DNA of 64,000 nucleotides. It comes from Octopus vulgaris. Its lineage: Eukaryota. A model generated the notes under the pieces. The model saw nothing but the letters and a program-made list of their open reading frames with translations. It did not search any database and was not told where the DNA came from. Made by a program: the position numbers and the translations under genes. Positions 11,080 through 25,794 of this stretch are shown one piece after another. Positions within the stretch are counted from its first letter, which is position 1, and every line of letters starts with the position of its first letter. The stretch lies in the NCBI GenBank assembly GCA_951406725.2, contig OX597820.1:52886001-52950000 (forward strand), given 5' to 3'.

Positions 11080-11870
11080 GTGTGAAACATCCGTTTGTTT
11101 GTAATTGGAGATCTTGTTGCAGGTTCGATCCGAGAAATATTGAAATAATACCTATCCTGTCCATTCTACAGAATAAGATTATACTGGAGAGCATCATAAG
11201 AGAGATGAGTCTGTTAAAAACGTTTAAGGTTGTTATCTTGAACACGAATGATAATATCATGATTTTCCGTGGGATCACCAACCATAAGGATGGCTACTTC
11301 ATTAGATGTGGGATCATTAAAACAGCTTAAAATGTTCATTACTATAGTAACGATCGCAAAAATCAACAAATATTCATAGAATTGATAATATTGAAAACAG
11401 CAAAACGTACACCCCCGAAGTTCAATCGAAACGAAATGTAGTCAATATAGGTGCAAAACATACTTTCTGTAGCTTAGTGATGCTATAAAAAATGGAAAGT
11501 CACCAATTTAGCAAAAGTTAGTATGCATCACCAATGTAAGGAAGTACAGAAAGTCAACATTTATTTTGAACACGTACTAAATGTTATTAAAATTCACGAT
11601 TGAATGAATGTAACGGTGAAGAAAGTGAAAGTCCAAGAAAATTCAGAAGGCATAATTCAATTTTTCATACAAAAATGATTTATTTTACAGTTTTGAAACG
11701 AACGCTAAACCAAGTGCATAAAAAAGGAAAATGTTGTTTTTGAACTGTGTAACATTTAGGCTGTAGAATAAATACTGAGTAACACAGTAAAAAGTTTTTA
11801 GCGACGTTTATACTCACACTGATGAAGAATACAAAAAAAAGCATTATCTTGAAACTGGTTAGAAGGAGTG
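11080..11870 (+). pseudogene. decayed PLE linker/endonuclease relic ending in a degenerate hammerhead (11812-11869)
   Basis: HPFV...FDPRNIEIIPIL resembles PYISTYNPRN..F.II of the 7-9 kb element. An FFIQK remnant follows, then CTGATGA-AGAATA...TATCTT-GAAACTGGTT with an ACTC/GAGT stem I. Confidence 0.45.
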
Positions 11871-13182
11871 GAATAACATTTCTGTAATTATATTGAAAGA
11901 GCTACTGAGGCTTCCTACTTCACCAAGTTTCCGAATTTGTTATAATAACCAGAATAATTCTTTTATTTTTTCAGATATATTTGCGAGTATTGTGAGTGGT
12001 GTTAAATCAGCCAAATCTTCATGTTGGTAGTATTTGAAAGTAAACGTTGTTGTTTGTTTGAAGTCCAGGCCGCAAGTGAACTTTCAATATCGGTGCGTTT
12101 TACTGTGTGTGGGGATGGGTGGGGGGTTAGTTTCATACATAAACTAAGACACACGCACACGTACATTAAGGTGCACCTGAAGCCTATCTCTGTCCCTGTG
12201 TATGCTTCTGTCTCTGTCTTTAGATATGCACGTGTGTGTGTGTGCTTGTGTGTCAGTCGTCATAAAGATGTATGTATACTGACAGATACATACACCATCA
12301 CACAAATAAACTTATCAGTCATCGGCCTAATGTAGGTAACGAACATGCGAACACATAGAAAATGTGACGCCGTCGTCGTTGTGGTGGTGGTGGTAAAAGA
12401 TGTCATTTACGATAGGTGACTAAAAGAAATATGATAATCTTAGATTTTTGTGATACAAATAATTAAATGAAAATATAGTTTAGTTGGGAGCCAAAAGCTT
12501 ACTGAATCAAAAAGGGCAACTCAGTTTTGGAATGCATAAGGAACATATGCACACTCACACACACATAGAAACTCACTTTTATATATATGTAGATATTTAT
12601 ACTATTTCGATAAAATTTTTTTCACTGCATTATGCAATGCGTCATTTCAATGACAGCAGGCTTTGGTTAGGGTGAGAGATCTCGGTGCTGCATCTTGCAG
12701 GTTTTTCGCTTAATGTATAATAACAATTCTAGATATTAAGAGAAATCACATTGACGGCTAGGTACAGCGATAACACAGCTTTCAAGAGAACTAACCCCCT
12801 GAGAGTGACAAACATTCTCAGTTTTTTTTTTATAATAATGATGTAATTGTTTTGTTTCATTAATCAGAGTTCATTCACAGTGCTAAAATATTTGTTTGAA
12901 TTTAAACAGAAGACTAATTAAGTTTTAGATTGTTTGTTTAGCATTAAATGGAACAGTAATTGTATTAGTGATGCTGGCGAGGTGATAAGGGAACCTGTTA
13001 TAGATTTACCCCGTTCAAAATTAAAAAGAAATCAAATGGATTTTCTCTCAGACTAAAAACCTCTCACAAACGTTTCCAACACTGTCAATATATACATAAG
13101 TATCTACTTCGTTGCACATTTGTATGTGTGTTTATCTGCGTGTATGTATTTATGTATGTATGAATGTGTCTATGTATATATG

Positions 13183-13271
<89 letters not shown>

Positions 13272-13386
13272 GGAGTTCATAAGTATATACGTACTTGACA
13301 TATTCCCCTTTAGCGTGTATATCTTGCATAATAGTAAACATTCATATAAACACAAGTAGGAAACTATATGAATGTAGTTGTATACA

Positions 13387-13465
<79 letters not shown>

Positions 13466-13933
13466 GTGTGTTTGTGTGTTTGTGTGTGTTTGAGAATGTG
13501 TATCTATGTATGTGTTTATATGTACAGGTATATATACACACGCACACACATTTGAATGTCTGTCTGTGTGTGTGAGTGTGTGTGTTAGTGTGTATGTATG
13601 TATGTATGTATGTATGTATGTATGTATGTATTTGTATGTATGTATGTATGTATGTATGTAGACACACACACATGTTTGTGTGTGTATATTCATAGTAGAT
13701 AATAAAGGTAAAATTGAATATTAAGAGATGAGACTTTAGGGAAAAGCTAAGTGAGTGTTTAGAATAAGAATTCGAGATTAGTTTCAGATAATCTAGTTTA
13801 GTCTGTTGAGGGAATTCATTGCAGATGTGGAACGACAGTTTTGTTGATTGATTCTCAAAGAAAATGAGCAAAAGAAATGCGTGAAGGTAACAGAAAAACA
13901 TGTAGAGAAAGGAACGAAGACACAAAGTGAGAG

Positions 13934-13992
<59 letters not shown>

Positions 13993-14514
13993 TTCATAGA
14001 AAAGAATGGTCTAGAGATGGAGGTAAAGGTTCAAAAGAATGCTAGAGAGAGAAAAAGAGGGAAAGAGAGAGGGAATTATGTGTATGAAGAAAAAATAATA
14101 TAAAACATGGAGAAGAAATCACAAAATTGAAGGTGCTGATGATGAGAACGACGATGAGGGTGATGTCAATAATGTGGAATATAAAGGTAACGTAGTAGTA
14201 GTAGTGGTGGTGGTGATGTTTGTGGTGGTGTTGGTGGTGCTGCTGCAGTTACTGTTGATAATGATGTCCATGATGACGATGACGTTGCTGGTGATGCTGA
14301 GGATGACTTAGTTGATGATGATTTTGATGGAGAAGCCGCAAGTATCGTTAGTAGTTGATTTAATTTAAAGTCGGTGATTGTTAACTTCTCGATAGTGTTT
14401 CAGGCGATATATGTGTGAATGCGTATTCTAATGTGAATAAATGTGAAACCACATTAACACACGCGCATAGATATAGATTTACACACACAGACACACATAT
14501 ATATACATACATAC

Positions 14515-14595
<81 letters not shown>

Positions 14596-14601
14596 TATAT
14601 A

Positions 14602-15546
14602 CTAGCAGAGATACCCGGCGTTGCCCGTGTTACATACAATTGAAGAATTAGACTTTTCTGTTATATTTTTTCTAATGAACTGGAATATCTATGTTTCGAA
14701 TTTCATCAAAATTACAGACGAGGGTTATTTCCCTCTTTACACTCCCCCCAAAATTGTAATCGTGCCACATATATCCCATACTACTGATTTTTATGCACAT
14801 ATTGCAAAATTCCAGTCTTATTGAACCTGTTAAAAAGATTTTGCTCCTGAAAAATGAAGGTCATAGAGTTCTAAAATGTGAGAATTAAGGCCCATGTTGG
14901 GGGTGGGCATCTTAATGTCAACCAGAGAAGTTGAATTGTTGAGAGTCTTTTTTACTTGGGTCTCATAGCTATCGTTCGAATTTCTTTGAAATAGGAAATA
15001 TGCGTTCACTGGGTTTGTAAAAGTGAGCAAAGCTACAGGAAACCAAAAGACGAATGATCACAATAAGCAGTCAGCTATAGTACCCTAGACGTTACCACTC
15101 CCAATGTAGGACCTAGTTTTGGATCATAAATGAAATGATTAAAATTTGGGAGTTAAGGCCCCCATTAGGGTGTCTCAGAATCCTCATGTGAAGTGGTAAC
15201 TTTGAGAATACTTCTCGATGTGTGTCAATTACCCATGGTTGAAATTTCATCAACATCGAAAATTTATGAATTTTCATGTGGGGTTCTTCCCCCTTTAAGC
15301 CATCTTAAATTCAAACCAAACATATTGCATTATACCCGCCCTTATGCATTGAATCTAAGTTTCAAATACCATAAGGATCCATTGAGAAATTTTGGTCCAT
15401 GAAATTGTATGAAACACAAAGCATTACCCTTCTCCCTGGTTTTCTATTTTTTGTTCCAACTTTCATTATGATCGGTGTAGCAGTTTTCGAAAGTATAATT
15501 AATACACGAACACATAAAGACATTGTCTTTGACATAATAAATATGA
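14602..15546 (-). mobile_element. non-autonomous Helitron-like element
   Basis: Minus-strand 3' end CGGGCAACGCCGGGTATCTCTGCTAG|T. The 5' end is approximate. Confidence 0.6.
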
Positions 15547-15558
15547 ATGTACACATAC

Positions 15559-15637
<79 letters not shown>

Positions 15638-15759
15638 ACGTGTGCGTGTGAGTGTATTATATATATATATTTATATATACATACACACACACAAAGATAA
15701 ATTGATAAATACAATATGAGACACAGCGTAGTGCTTTTTTATGTTGATAAGCCTGGTAC

Positions 15760-16049
15760 TTATTCTATTAGTTTCTTTTTGTGAAACCAGTAAGTTATGG
15801 GGATGTAAATAGACGAACACCAGTTGTGAGGCAGTGATGAACGAGAAACACAAAGACACACACACAGACTTAGATATATACATACATATATATACGATTG
15901 ATTTGTTTCAGTTTCTGTCTACAAAATCCACTGACAAGGCTTTGGTTGGTCTAAGGCTATAACAGAAGACTCATGCCAAGTCACCACACAGTGGGACTGA
16001 ACTGAGGACCATGTGTTTTGGAACGAAGTTTGTTGCCACACCTGCACCT
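15760..16049 (-). mobile_element. SINE family A, diverged
   Basis: Reverse complement of the family A head and body. Confidence 0.75.
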
Positions 16050-16240
16050 GTGTGTGTGTATGTGTGTATGGGTGTATATATGTATGCATGTATATATGTG
16101 AATATATTTGTGTACATATTACATGTACATCTATATATATATACATCTACACATATACATGTATACATATACATCTATATCTATAGAAATAAATGTATAC
16201 ATATACAGCTATACACACATACACACACATACACATACAT

Positions 16241-16298
16241 AGGTGCAAGTGTGGCTGTGTGGTAACAAACTTCGTTCCAAAACACATGGTCCTGGGTT
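16241..16298 (+). mobile_element. SINE family A head fragment (inverted duplicate of 16005-16049)
   Basis: Shares the AACAAACTTCGTTCCAAAACACATGG variant with the neighbouring copy. Confidence 0.7.
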
Positions 16299-16299
16299 A

Positions 16300-16741
16300 A
16301 AAATTAAATTTAATATAATAAGGTTGAGAAATTGAATATTAATTTGATTAATATGAATTGAAAACCAGTGGTGTAGCATACAAGACCATAGTGGATCTTC
16401 TTCTTGCAAAATGGATGTCCACTGTTAATGTTTCATCCCTCTTATATAATAGTTTGACTTTAATAGTTTCAGTATTCAAGTGAAAGTATCTGACATTACA
16501 ATAGAGAGATGTTTTTGCTTCACTTTTAACACGTAATACTGAAATAGTGGAGAAGATATGATATTGCTATGGGCTCGCTCTAGGCAAGAAGTTGAACATT
16601 TTTTTTTGCCTATGAAACTACATGGACCCTAAGTAAGGCATGTGCAAAATTTGAATGAAATTGGTTGTGTAGTTCTCAAGTTTTAGGGAAACACACAGAC
16701 AGACAGACACACACACATTCTCAGTTTTATATATATAAAGA
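16300..16741 (-). mobile_element. Helitron-like 5' portion
   Basis: Minus strand begins A|TCTTTATATATATAAAA followed by (GT)n(CTGT)n, typical of non-autonomous Helitron/HINE 5' ends. No CTAG 3' end found. Confidence 0.5.
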
Positions 16742-16746
16742 TATAC

Positions 16747-16794
<48 letters not shown>

Positions 16795-16795
16795 G

Positions 16796-16827
<32 letters not shown>

Positions 16828-16979
16828 TGTATGTATGTATGTATGTGGTAAACAGACTTAGAAACGCCGTGTGAATTCGTAATCTACAGAAAATAAAGGA
16901 ACTCTTGAGCACAGGCTGGGTGTGAAAACAGCTTAGAAAATTGGATAAACACCGTTAGAAGAGGGAAATAAAGTGGCCA

Positions 16980-17330
16980 GTATGTCTTTACAGAGAAACG
17001 AACACTGTACCGATCAAACAATATATATAAATATAAAAGTGGAGGTGAGAGAGGAAATCTTTAATACCACGTGGTCTACAGTGAGCTGCTATAACATTTA
17101 TACAATCCTTAATTTAGTACAACCTTTGCCGGAGAAAGTATTGCATGTGAACCAAAACAATTAAGATGTTAAATAAAATTCTGAGTAATATTATTACCTG
17201 CCACCAATAAATGTTACGTGGATAACATTGGTATCATTTTCGATCCCTATTGAATGTAATAAGGAGTGAACCGTAACACTCTGTGGATCGTTTTCCCGTG
17301 AGCATGAAGCAAGGGAGTGAAAAAAAATGT
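16980..17330 (+). pseudogene. decayed PLE RT relic
   Basis: CYVDNIGII (RYVDDI-like) followed by FSREHE (FTxExE-like) at plausible spacing. Confidence 0.4.
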
Positions 17331-18165
17331 GCAAAACATACAGTGTTAAACCAACTTGAAAAGTATTCGCTACAGCAGACATTCTCATCTGAGAAATTTT
17401 CATGGAGAGACAAATTTAACACTGAGTAATGATACGTCATAACCTGAAACAACTATATAAGTGCGTGCGTGTGTGTGTATGTGCATATGTGTGCGTATAC
17501 ACACATACACACACATGCGCGCGCAAATATACGTACATATACATATATAAATATAGGTATTATATATGTATGTATATGTGTGTATTTATGTATGTAGGTA
17601 AATATGAATGTATGCGTGCGAAACTATTTTCTAACTGCTTGCGTTGGTTTAACCTCAGAGACAGTAAACATTATAAACTAATGGACAATTGAATAATCAT
17701 GATTTATAGGTTTTTCCTCTCTCTTCTTTTCTGTTTGTTTCTTTCCCCAGGGATTGTGTCTATAATATTAAAGTATTTAGATATATATATAAAATAGTAT
17801 GATGGGTTATTGTAAGTCATTTACGAGTGTGTTTACCACTCCTTCACATCTCTCTCTCTCTCTCTGTTTATAGTTACAGCCATGCATATTATTAATCGCG
17901 CGTGTGAGTGTGTGTTTATGTGAGTGAAAATTATTTAAATATGGTCATATTTCACACCAAAGTGTATTGTGCATTTTAATGATTTGTGACAGTCTGTGAT
18001 TATAAGACCGCTTATGATTTAAAATAATTCGTTTCGGTTATTTCTTTTAAGATGTTTTGTTTATGATGTGCTATTAAAGATATTTCCAATAAGTTGTGCA
18101 ATATATTTGTTTAATAGACGAAATGATTCTTCGTGGAATACTTGCATTCTTTCCTTTCTCTCCTC

Positions 18166-18290
<125 letters not shown>

Positions 18291-18479
18291 AAGTGAGAGA
18301 GTGAGAGAGAGTTATAAAGTCACTAATGCGAAAGGTGTAAATTAACAATCTAAGGATTTCTAGTATAGCTACAAAGCTAAACATTCTCAAGAAAGTTTAT
18401 AGTTGATTATATCGATGTAATACTTGACTACGACTAATTTATAGACCGCGAAAGAATGAAAGCTCTTTTCTATAACCGA

Positions 18480-19200
18480 ATTCATAGATTTTGATGTGGA
18501 GAAATACATTGAGATTATCAGTGAGACTGAATCAGAGTTCCATGAAGTCAGTTCGAGGGAACTGGACCTCCTCCTTAAACTGAGCTATGGCAATAACTAT
18601 TTAGACAGGCAAGACCTTAGTAGATTCTGCTCCACCAGATCACAGAGGAGAAGACTACCCACAACCACCTCAGCAGTGAAGAAAACCACCGCAGAGCGCT
18701 GGAGTGGCTGGAACATACCCACCCAAGACCCTGAGAATAACTGAGCAAGGAATGACTGCACATGCATTAGAGGATAGCATAAGAGCCAACTTGAAGAACC
18801 ATATAGTAAAGTTTAACAGGAAAGTATAAATGCAGGTTCAAGGTGCAGTCATTTGTGTCGGTGTAGCTAGAGATATGGCCGACCTCTTCATGACCTGGTG
18901 GGACAGAAAACTTAAGCAATCCTTTGCAAAAAAGTCCACAACTCTTTTACTTTACTGTAGATATGTAGACGACATTGATATTCTAGTTAAGGCCAGTTCT
19001 AGTAGCAGTAATGTAGAACCCGCGAGGAACATAATGGAGGCATCCAACATGTAGCTAACTCCATCCACCAAAGAATCAAGGTAACTATAGACATCCCAAC
19101 AATAAACTCCTTCTCCTTGATACCAAAATTTGGTTAGAGACTGTGAGCAACAGAGTGCATCTCCTTCACTCCCATAGTTTCGAAATATGTTGTTCACATC
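18480..19200 (+). pseudogene. PLE reverse transcriptase fragment
   Basis: NHIVKFNRKV*MQVQGAVICVGVARDMADLFMTWWD...LYCRYVDDIDILV. Confidence 0.75.
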
Positions 19201-21240
19201 CATTTATACATACATATGCGCATGCGTACGAGAGCTAAACACACATGCTCACTAACAAACAAAAAGAACGCAGCTCGGATAACGAACAGAATCAGCGACT
19301 ATGGAAAAAGTTGCAAGATGCAATGAAAATTTTAGATAAAATAAATAAGTAAATGAGTGGAAACTTCACCGGTGTATGTGTTAAATAATAAGGCACTAAA
19401 GAAGAATGACTCTCCCTGGACACAACAAAATATGCTTCAACACACGAACTCATATAAAGAATTTTGCAAACTAAATCCAAAGGCGAAACATACATATATG
19501 TATGTATATTTATCTATATATGTATGTGTGCTTGTATATGGGTGTGTGTATACGTGTGTGTGTGGAGGCGATAATTTACTTACCCTCCTGAATTACTTTG
19601 CTGTTTGTTGTTATTGTAACGGCCTTCCTTAAATTGTCCTTTGTCCCCATTTTTGACATGTCTTGAAGGAACAACGGTTTGTCCTTACCCACCACATCCT
19701 ATATAAAAGAACACTCTAGCATAAGGTCTCTGAGTGTTTCGTGCCATTTACCCACTGCCAAATTTTTCAAAGTAAATTTCCCGCCCCAACCACCATTCAG
19801 CTTTTCCAAAGGTATTATGATTTAAAAAGACAGACAGACGTAAATCAAATAATAAGAACAATTTGAAATCCGGCTATAAAACCTTATTCTAAAATTATTC
19901 TATTTTCAGATAACAATAGCAATACAAATATCACATGACAATTTTATTGAAACAATTTCAATAATTTATGGAATAATGACCAACAGATATCAGAATCAAA
20001 CACAGTCTTCTAAATTAGGCTCCTCTTTTAGTGACACAGTGTTTATGAAGAATAGAACACAGATCGTTAAATTCAAAGTAGGGAAAGGAAAATAAATTGC
20101 TATTTCTCTCCTAACATAAATCTACTTCACATTTTCTTATATTTTACATATTTTTTAAACTATTGTAATTGAAAAAATATAACAAAATTCAGAATCAGTA
20201 AAATTACATTCTGAGTGGGTGAAATTTGCCCCAGTTTTGGCACCTCAGATCAAGGAACACTCTTCCTAATGCTCCTTTCCTTATTTTTAAATCGGTTTTA
20301 TGATTTGAGGGAGATCATGGCACTGATATCTTGCAAGCTGAATGAGTGCGTCGAGGTTCCTATGCGGGTTAATACTCTGAGATGTATATCGGATAAATAA
20401 TTTATTTTATTTTAATAAACTCTGTTTGAATTGGGCAATAATCATTTCGGAGTAAGAAATAATTACATGAATTATTCGGTGAAGAGAATAAATCACGTTG
20501 ATATTTTACGTCACAAGTGTGACACATTCATTATGGTAGTTTGTGAAGAGATAGACGATTGCAAGTGTGAATGATAACAATTTAGCAATGGCGTATATTT
20601 TTTTGCACATTGTCGTTCATATTGTTGATGCTTTTACAGCTATATTGTATATGTATGTGTGCGTGGTGTGTGTGTTTGTGTGTGTGTGTGTGGGAATTTA
20701 TGCAGATATAGTCAACTCATGTCATATATCATATAGTACCTCACGCTCAATAGCAAAAAAAAAAATAAATAAATAAAATGGAGGAAAGAAAACAAAGTCG
20801 TGAATGAATCGGAAGCGGAAATGAAACAAAGAAATTAAATTTAAGCGTAAATTTAGAACTTCGATAAATTGGACACAAAATAAAATTATGAAGGAAATTC
20901 AACAAACAAACATAACGAATGGAGGAAAGTGTGTGTGTGCATGTGTGTGTGTATATATGTGTATGTGTGTGTGTGCATGTGTATGTGTGTGTGTCAGCGT
21001 GCGCGCGCTCATGGGTTTGTGTATGTTTCTATGTCTGTGTCCGTGTGTGTCTGTATAAGTATTTCTGTTTTGAACTGGGTGCGTATATCTGTGTACCTGC
21101 GACTGAGCTTGATTATGAAAGTACACGTACTATGCATAATATCATGTATGTTTTTCTTCGTGTGTACGAGTATCTGTGTACGTGAGCGAATGTATATGTA
21201 TGTGTGTGTGTAAGTATGGGGAAAGAAAGATAGCGAGATT

Positions 21241-21280
<40 letters not shown>

Positions 21281-21959
21281 GACAGAGATAATGAGATTGG
21301 AGAGATAGGGACAAATCTAATATAAAAATATACTGGAAAAATATAGAAACTTGAGATTTATTTCGCAGCGGTCCGTGAAGATAAAATTGGGGATGGGATT
21401 TTTGGGGCCAATAGTTCTTTATCATGTAGGTAAGGGCAGGAAGTGAAAAGGACAGAGATAACGCAAGGGAAATCTGTTCTATGTTTGCAAAATTGCAGTG
21501 TTACCATATATTCTAGTGGAACGTGTTTAAAAATGAAGTAAAATAGATGTGACTACCCGTGAAGTAGAAACAATAACCCTTGGCCCTCATTCCAATATTC
21601 ATCACCGTCACTAATTTGATAAAAGCTAATAGATGTGTGTATTTACATACATATATCCATAGACTGATATATGTATATAAACATTATATATATACGTATA
21701 TACATACATAGATATATACATACATATATATATATACATACATATATATATATATAAATATATATGTATGTATGTATGTATACAAACGTGTGTGGGAGGC
21801 ATAGCCAAATATACGCAAGTATATATATGTACACACACGCATAATATGTGGATGCATACATGTGTATGTACTTGTTTGGTACATACATTATACTCTTATA
21901 CTCTTAAATATATATCAATATACGCTCACACATGTGTATACAAGTATATAGATATATAA

Positions 21960-22007
<48 letters not shown>

Positions 22008-22011
<4 letters not shown>

Positions 22012-22345
22012 AAATAAGCAAAAAGGATATCCAAAGGTAATGCAGTACGATCGTTTCATGCAACGCCATTTAATTGAACAATGCAATCATTACATCAATT
22101 TAAAATGTAGAGCATCTTCAGATGCACAAAGACATAGACTTTAATGATTGCATTGTTCAATGAAATGGAGTTGCATGAAACAATCGTACTCCATTACCTC
22201 TGGATATCCTTGTTGCTTATTTTGATTTCAATCACTTTATTTTGAAATAGTATGGATAATACCGTACTAAATTCTGGTGCTTCAATAAGTACCATATTCA
22301 TCTGAATCTAAAATTTTGCTGAACTCATCTACTATACCTAAAGTA
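22008..22345. mobile_element. non-coding fold-back PLE derivative with hammerhead
   Basis: Inverted arms at about 22008-22092 and 22142-22226, with a tail running into (TA)n. Flanked by (TA)n on both sides. Confidence 0.75.
22041..22126 (-). ncRNA. type I hammerhead ribozyme
   Basis: TGCAT-CTGAAGA-TGC...GCAT-GAAAC-GATC-GTA-CTGCA, with palindromic stem III ACGATCGT and a GUA triplet. Confidence 0.7.
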
Positions 22346-22362
22346 TATATATATATATTTAA

Positions 22363-22885
<523 letters not shown>

Positions 22886-22977
22886 AACAATATATGCATA
22901 TATGTATGTATTGCATATATATACATATATATATATGTATATGCGTGTGTACGTACATATTGTATATATATTATGGA

Positions 22978-23306
22978 GGGCATTATTACACATACATTCC
23001 ACACGCTAGGAGGGACTCTTAAAGTCAAAACTACTAAAATAAATAAACATATCGTACCGAATGCATTTCTCGAAGCAAGTCATTTAAAAACAGAATTCAG
23101 CTGCAGATCACTGTGATTTCGTAATTACACACACACACACACACATACAAATATATATATATGTATGTATGTATTATGTGTAATAATAATCACTATATAA
23201 TATAAATAAATATATTTAAGTGAAAAAATTGGTGGATTTTTCTCTTATGAGGTTTTTCACGCTGACTACTTGATAAATTCTTATGAAGATTTTATGATAA
23301 TTTTAA

Positions 23307-23310
<4 letters not shown>
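22978..23310 (-). repeat. unclassified repeat, same family as 57778-58216
   Basis: 23200-23310 matches the reverse complement of 57778-57890. 22978-23035 matches 57893-57953. Confidence 0.65.
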
Positions 23311-23364
<54 letters not shown>

Positions 23365-23366
<2 letters not shown>

Positions 23367-23738
23367 TGCAGGAGTGGCTGTATGGTAAGATGCTTGCTTC
23401 CCAATCGCATGGTCCCGAGTTCAGTCCCACTGCGTGACATTTTGGGCAAATATCTACTAATATAGCCTCGGACCGACCAATGCCTTGTGAATGGATTTGG
23501 TGAATAGAAACTGAAAGAAGATTGTCGTATATATATATATGTATGTATGTATGTATGTATTTGGGTGTCGATGTTCGTGTGTTTACGTCCCGTAAACTAG
23601 CGGTTCGGCAAAAGAGACCGATTGAATAAGTACTGGACTTACAAAAAATAAATCCTCTGATCAATTTGTTCTACTAAAGTCGGTACCCCAGCATAGCCGC
23701 AGTTAAAATGACTGAAGCAAGTAAGAGAATAAAAGAAT
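23365..23738 (+). mobile_element. SINE family A
   Basis: GATGCAGGAGTGGCTGTATGGTAAG head, GAGTTCAGTCCC, family 3' end. Confidence 0.85.
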
Positions 23739-24259
23739 TGAAGAATATATATGTCCGCGTGTGTGCGCCTATATATATATATATATATATATATATACTG
23801 TGGACTATACATCCATTCTTTCATACATGCATGCAAGCATACAAAGCATACGTACATAATGTGTTAGCCGATGACGTCTATGCGCTACAATATACTGCCA
23901 AACAGAATAACATACGCGATCTGAATGGACCGGAAATTATGTTAAATGCCATATGGTGGTACCTGGATGTGATGGGTCAATAACCTGTAGTAAATTCATC
24001 CCTTCAAAGCAAGAAGGAAATGGCGAATCATGAAGAGAGAATAAAAGTAAAATTGAATGAAAATTTTCTTATATAGCAGTTGTTGAGCATCAGGAGATTA
24101 AAGATTCGACATGAAACACGATGTAACGTTCCCACTGTTCTTCAATGCGGTTTCTATGCCCAGTTGAAGATCTTGCCAGTATATGCAACTGTGAACAAAA
24201 ACTACACTAGCAACGTTAATTCATCACGTCTCCAGTTCACTTTAATTAATATAAATGGC

Positions 24260-24503
24260 GACTGTTGTTGTTGTTACTGAACTTGATATTGTTGTTCATC
24301 ATCATCATCATCATCACTGTCGTTATCAACATTACCATTATCACCATCATGATATTCATCTTTGACATAGTATTATTATTAGCACTACTACTACTATTAC
24401 TACTAGTAGTAGAAGTGGTGGTGGTGGTGGTGACGGCGCTGCTGCTGATTATACTGATGCTGGAAGTAGTAGTAGTAGTCGTAGCAGTAGTAGTAGTCGT
24501 AGC

Positions 24504-24554
<51 letters not shown>

Positions 24555-24720
24555 TAACTGGTACTCTGTTTAATCGCTTGTCTCTAGCCAGCCACCGAAT
24601 ATTTGGTCTTGTGCATATGCAAGAAATCACCATCATCATCATCATCATCATTAATATCTTCATTATCACCAACGACAGTAAACTCACCCTCCTCTTCATC
24701 ATCATCATCTGTGTCATCCC
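24260..24720. repeat. compound trinucleotide microsatellite field (TGT/CAT/TAC/GTA/GTG)
   Basis: Directly visible in the sequence. Confidence 0.9.
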
Positions 24721-25794
24721 AATATTATAACATTATCGTATCAAGATGTTTGATATTTTTGTTATTGTTATCGTACGTTTTCACAGCTGTGACGTGCGCC
24801 CATACATGAGCCTTGGATATGCAGAACGATTTCGTTTGATTTTGCATCTGTTTACTGTCCTTTACGTTATTTATTTATGCCATTTTCTAGACGTTTTCCA
24901 AAATTTTAAGTCCTACTTTTGGGTTATAAGTGTGTTTCAACGTTTTATAATCAGTGCCATTATTATATGGATTCTTACTGTTTCCGTCTCGCATAGTCAT
25001 CGTATCTATATCCAAAACAATATATTTCGAATTATTTCTATTTCTTTCAGAGATTCTTAGCTATTTCTTCTTTTTTCTTTTATTGTGTTGCAAAAATGCC
25101 TTTGATATGAAAACGATACCAATCATTTGTTTCTCCATAGGCTTTATTAAATCTTTCATTGGTCATTGCTAGATATGTGTAATCCTACAGTGAATAATTT
25201 AATTCAGATTTGTAATTGCATAATTTCACTATCTCTTAGTATTCCTGGTAAATATAATCATTCATTGTCAGATTTTAGATGGTGAATTCTGAATGCTATT
25301 GTTTTTCCTTTTAAGAATGGATAATTCATTCAAATTTCGGTTGATAATCTTACGATTATTACTAATTATCTTAACAGATATTTGTGTGTGTGTTTTTTTT
25401 TTCGGTAACTGTGATTTCGTTATTTCCTTTGTTTTCCTTGTGACGACGTTTGTAAAATGCTGAAGCTGAAACTAGCTACATTAAAGACCAAAATTATTCT
25501 TCAAGGAAGGAATTTTGATTTAGACGTAGTTCTCTTACCTCTGCATCTTTATCTAACATGATATTAATGTTCTGAGCCTCAGTTACTTCAAAACTACAAA
25601 CGAAGGTGTAAAAAGAAAAGGAGGAAGAAAAATCTCGCCGAGAGGGAGTCTGATGTTTGAAGGCCATACAAAAGAAGCCCATTCCAGGAGTGAAACTCAA
25701 ATTCAAGAATATCCGAAATACTAACGATATTCTAACGAAGCCGCTCTGCGGAAATCTATTTTAAAAAATTTACTAGACTTTTCTCCCACCCCGT

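Noticed and set aside
23860-24250. Possible LINE RT fragment (LADD) or host exon after an AG at about 24079
   Set aside because: Only a single weak motif. No supporting motifs or recognisable protein.
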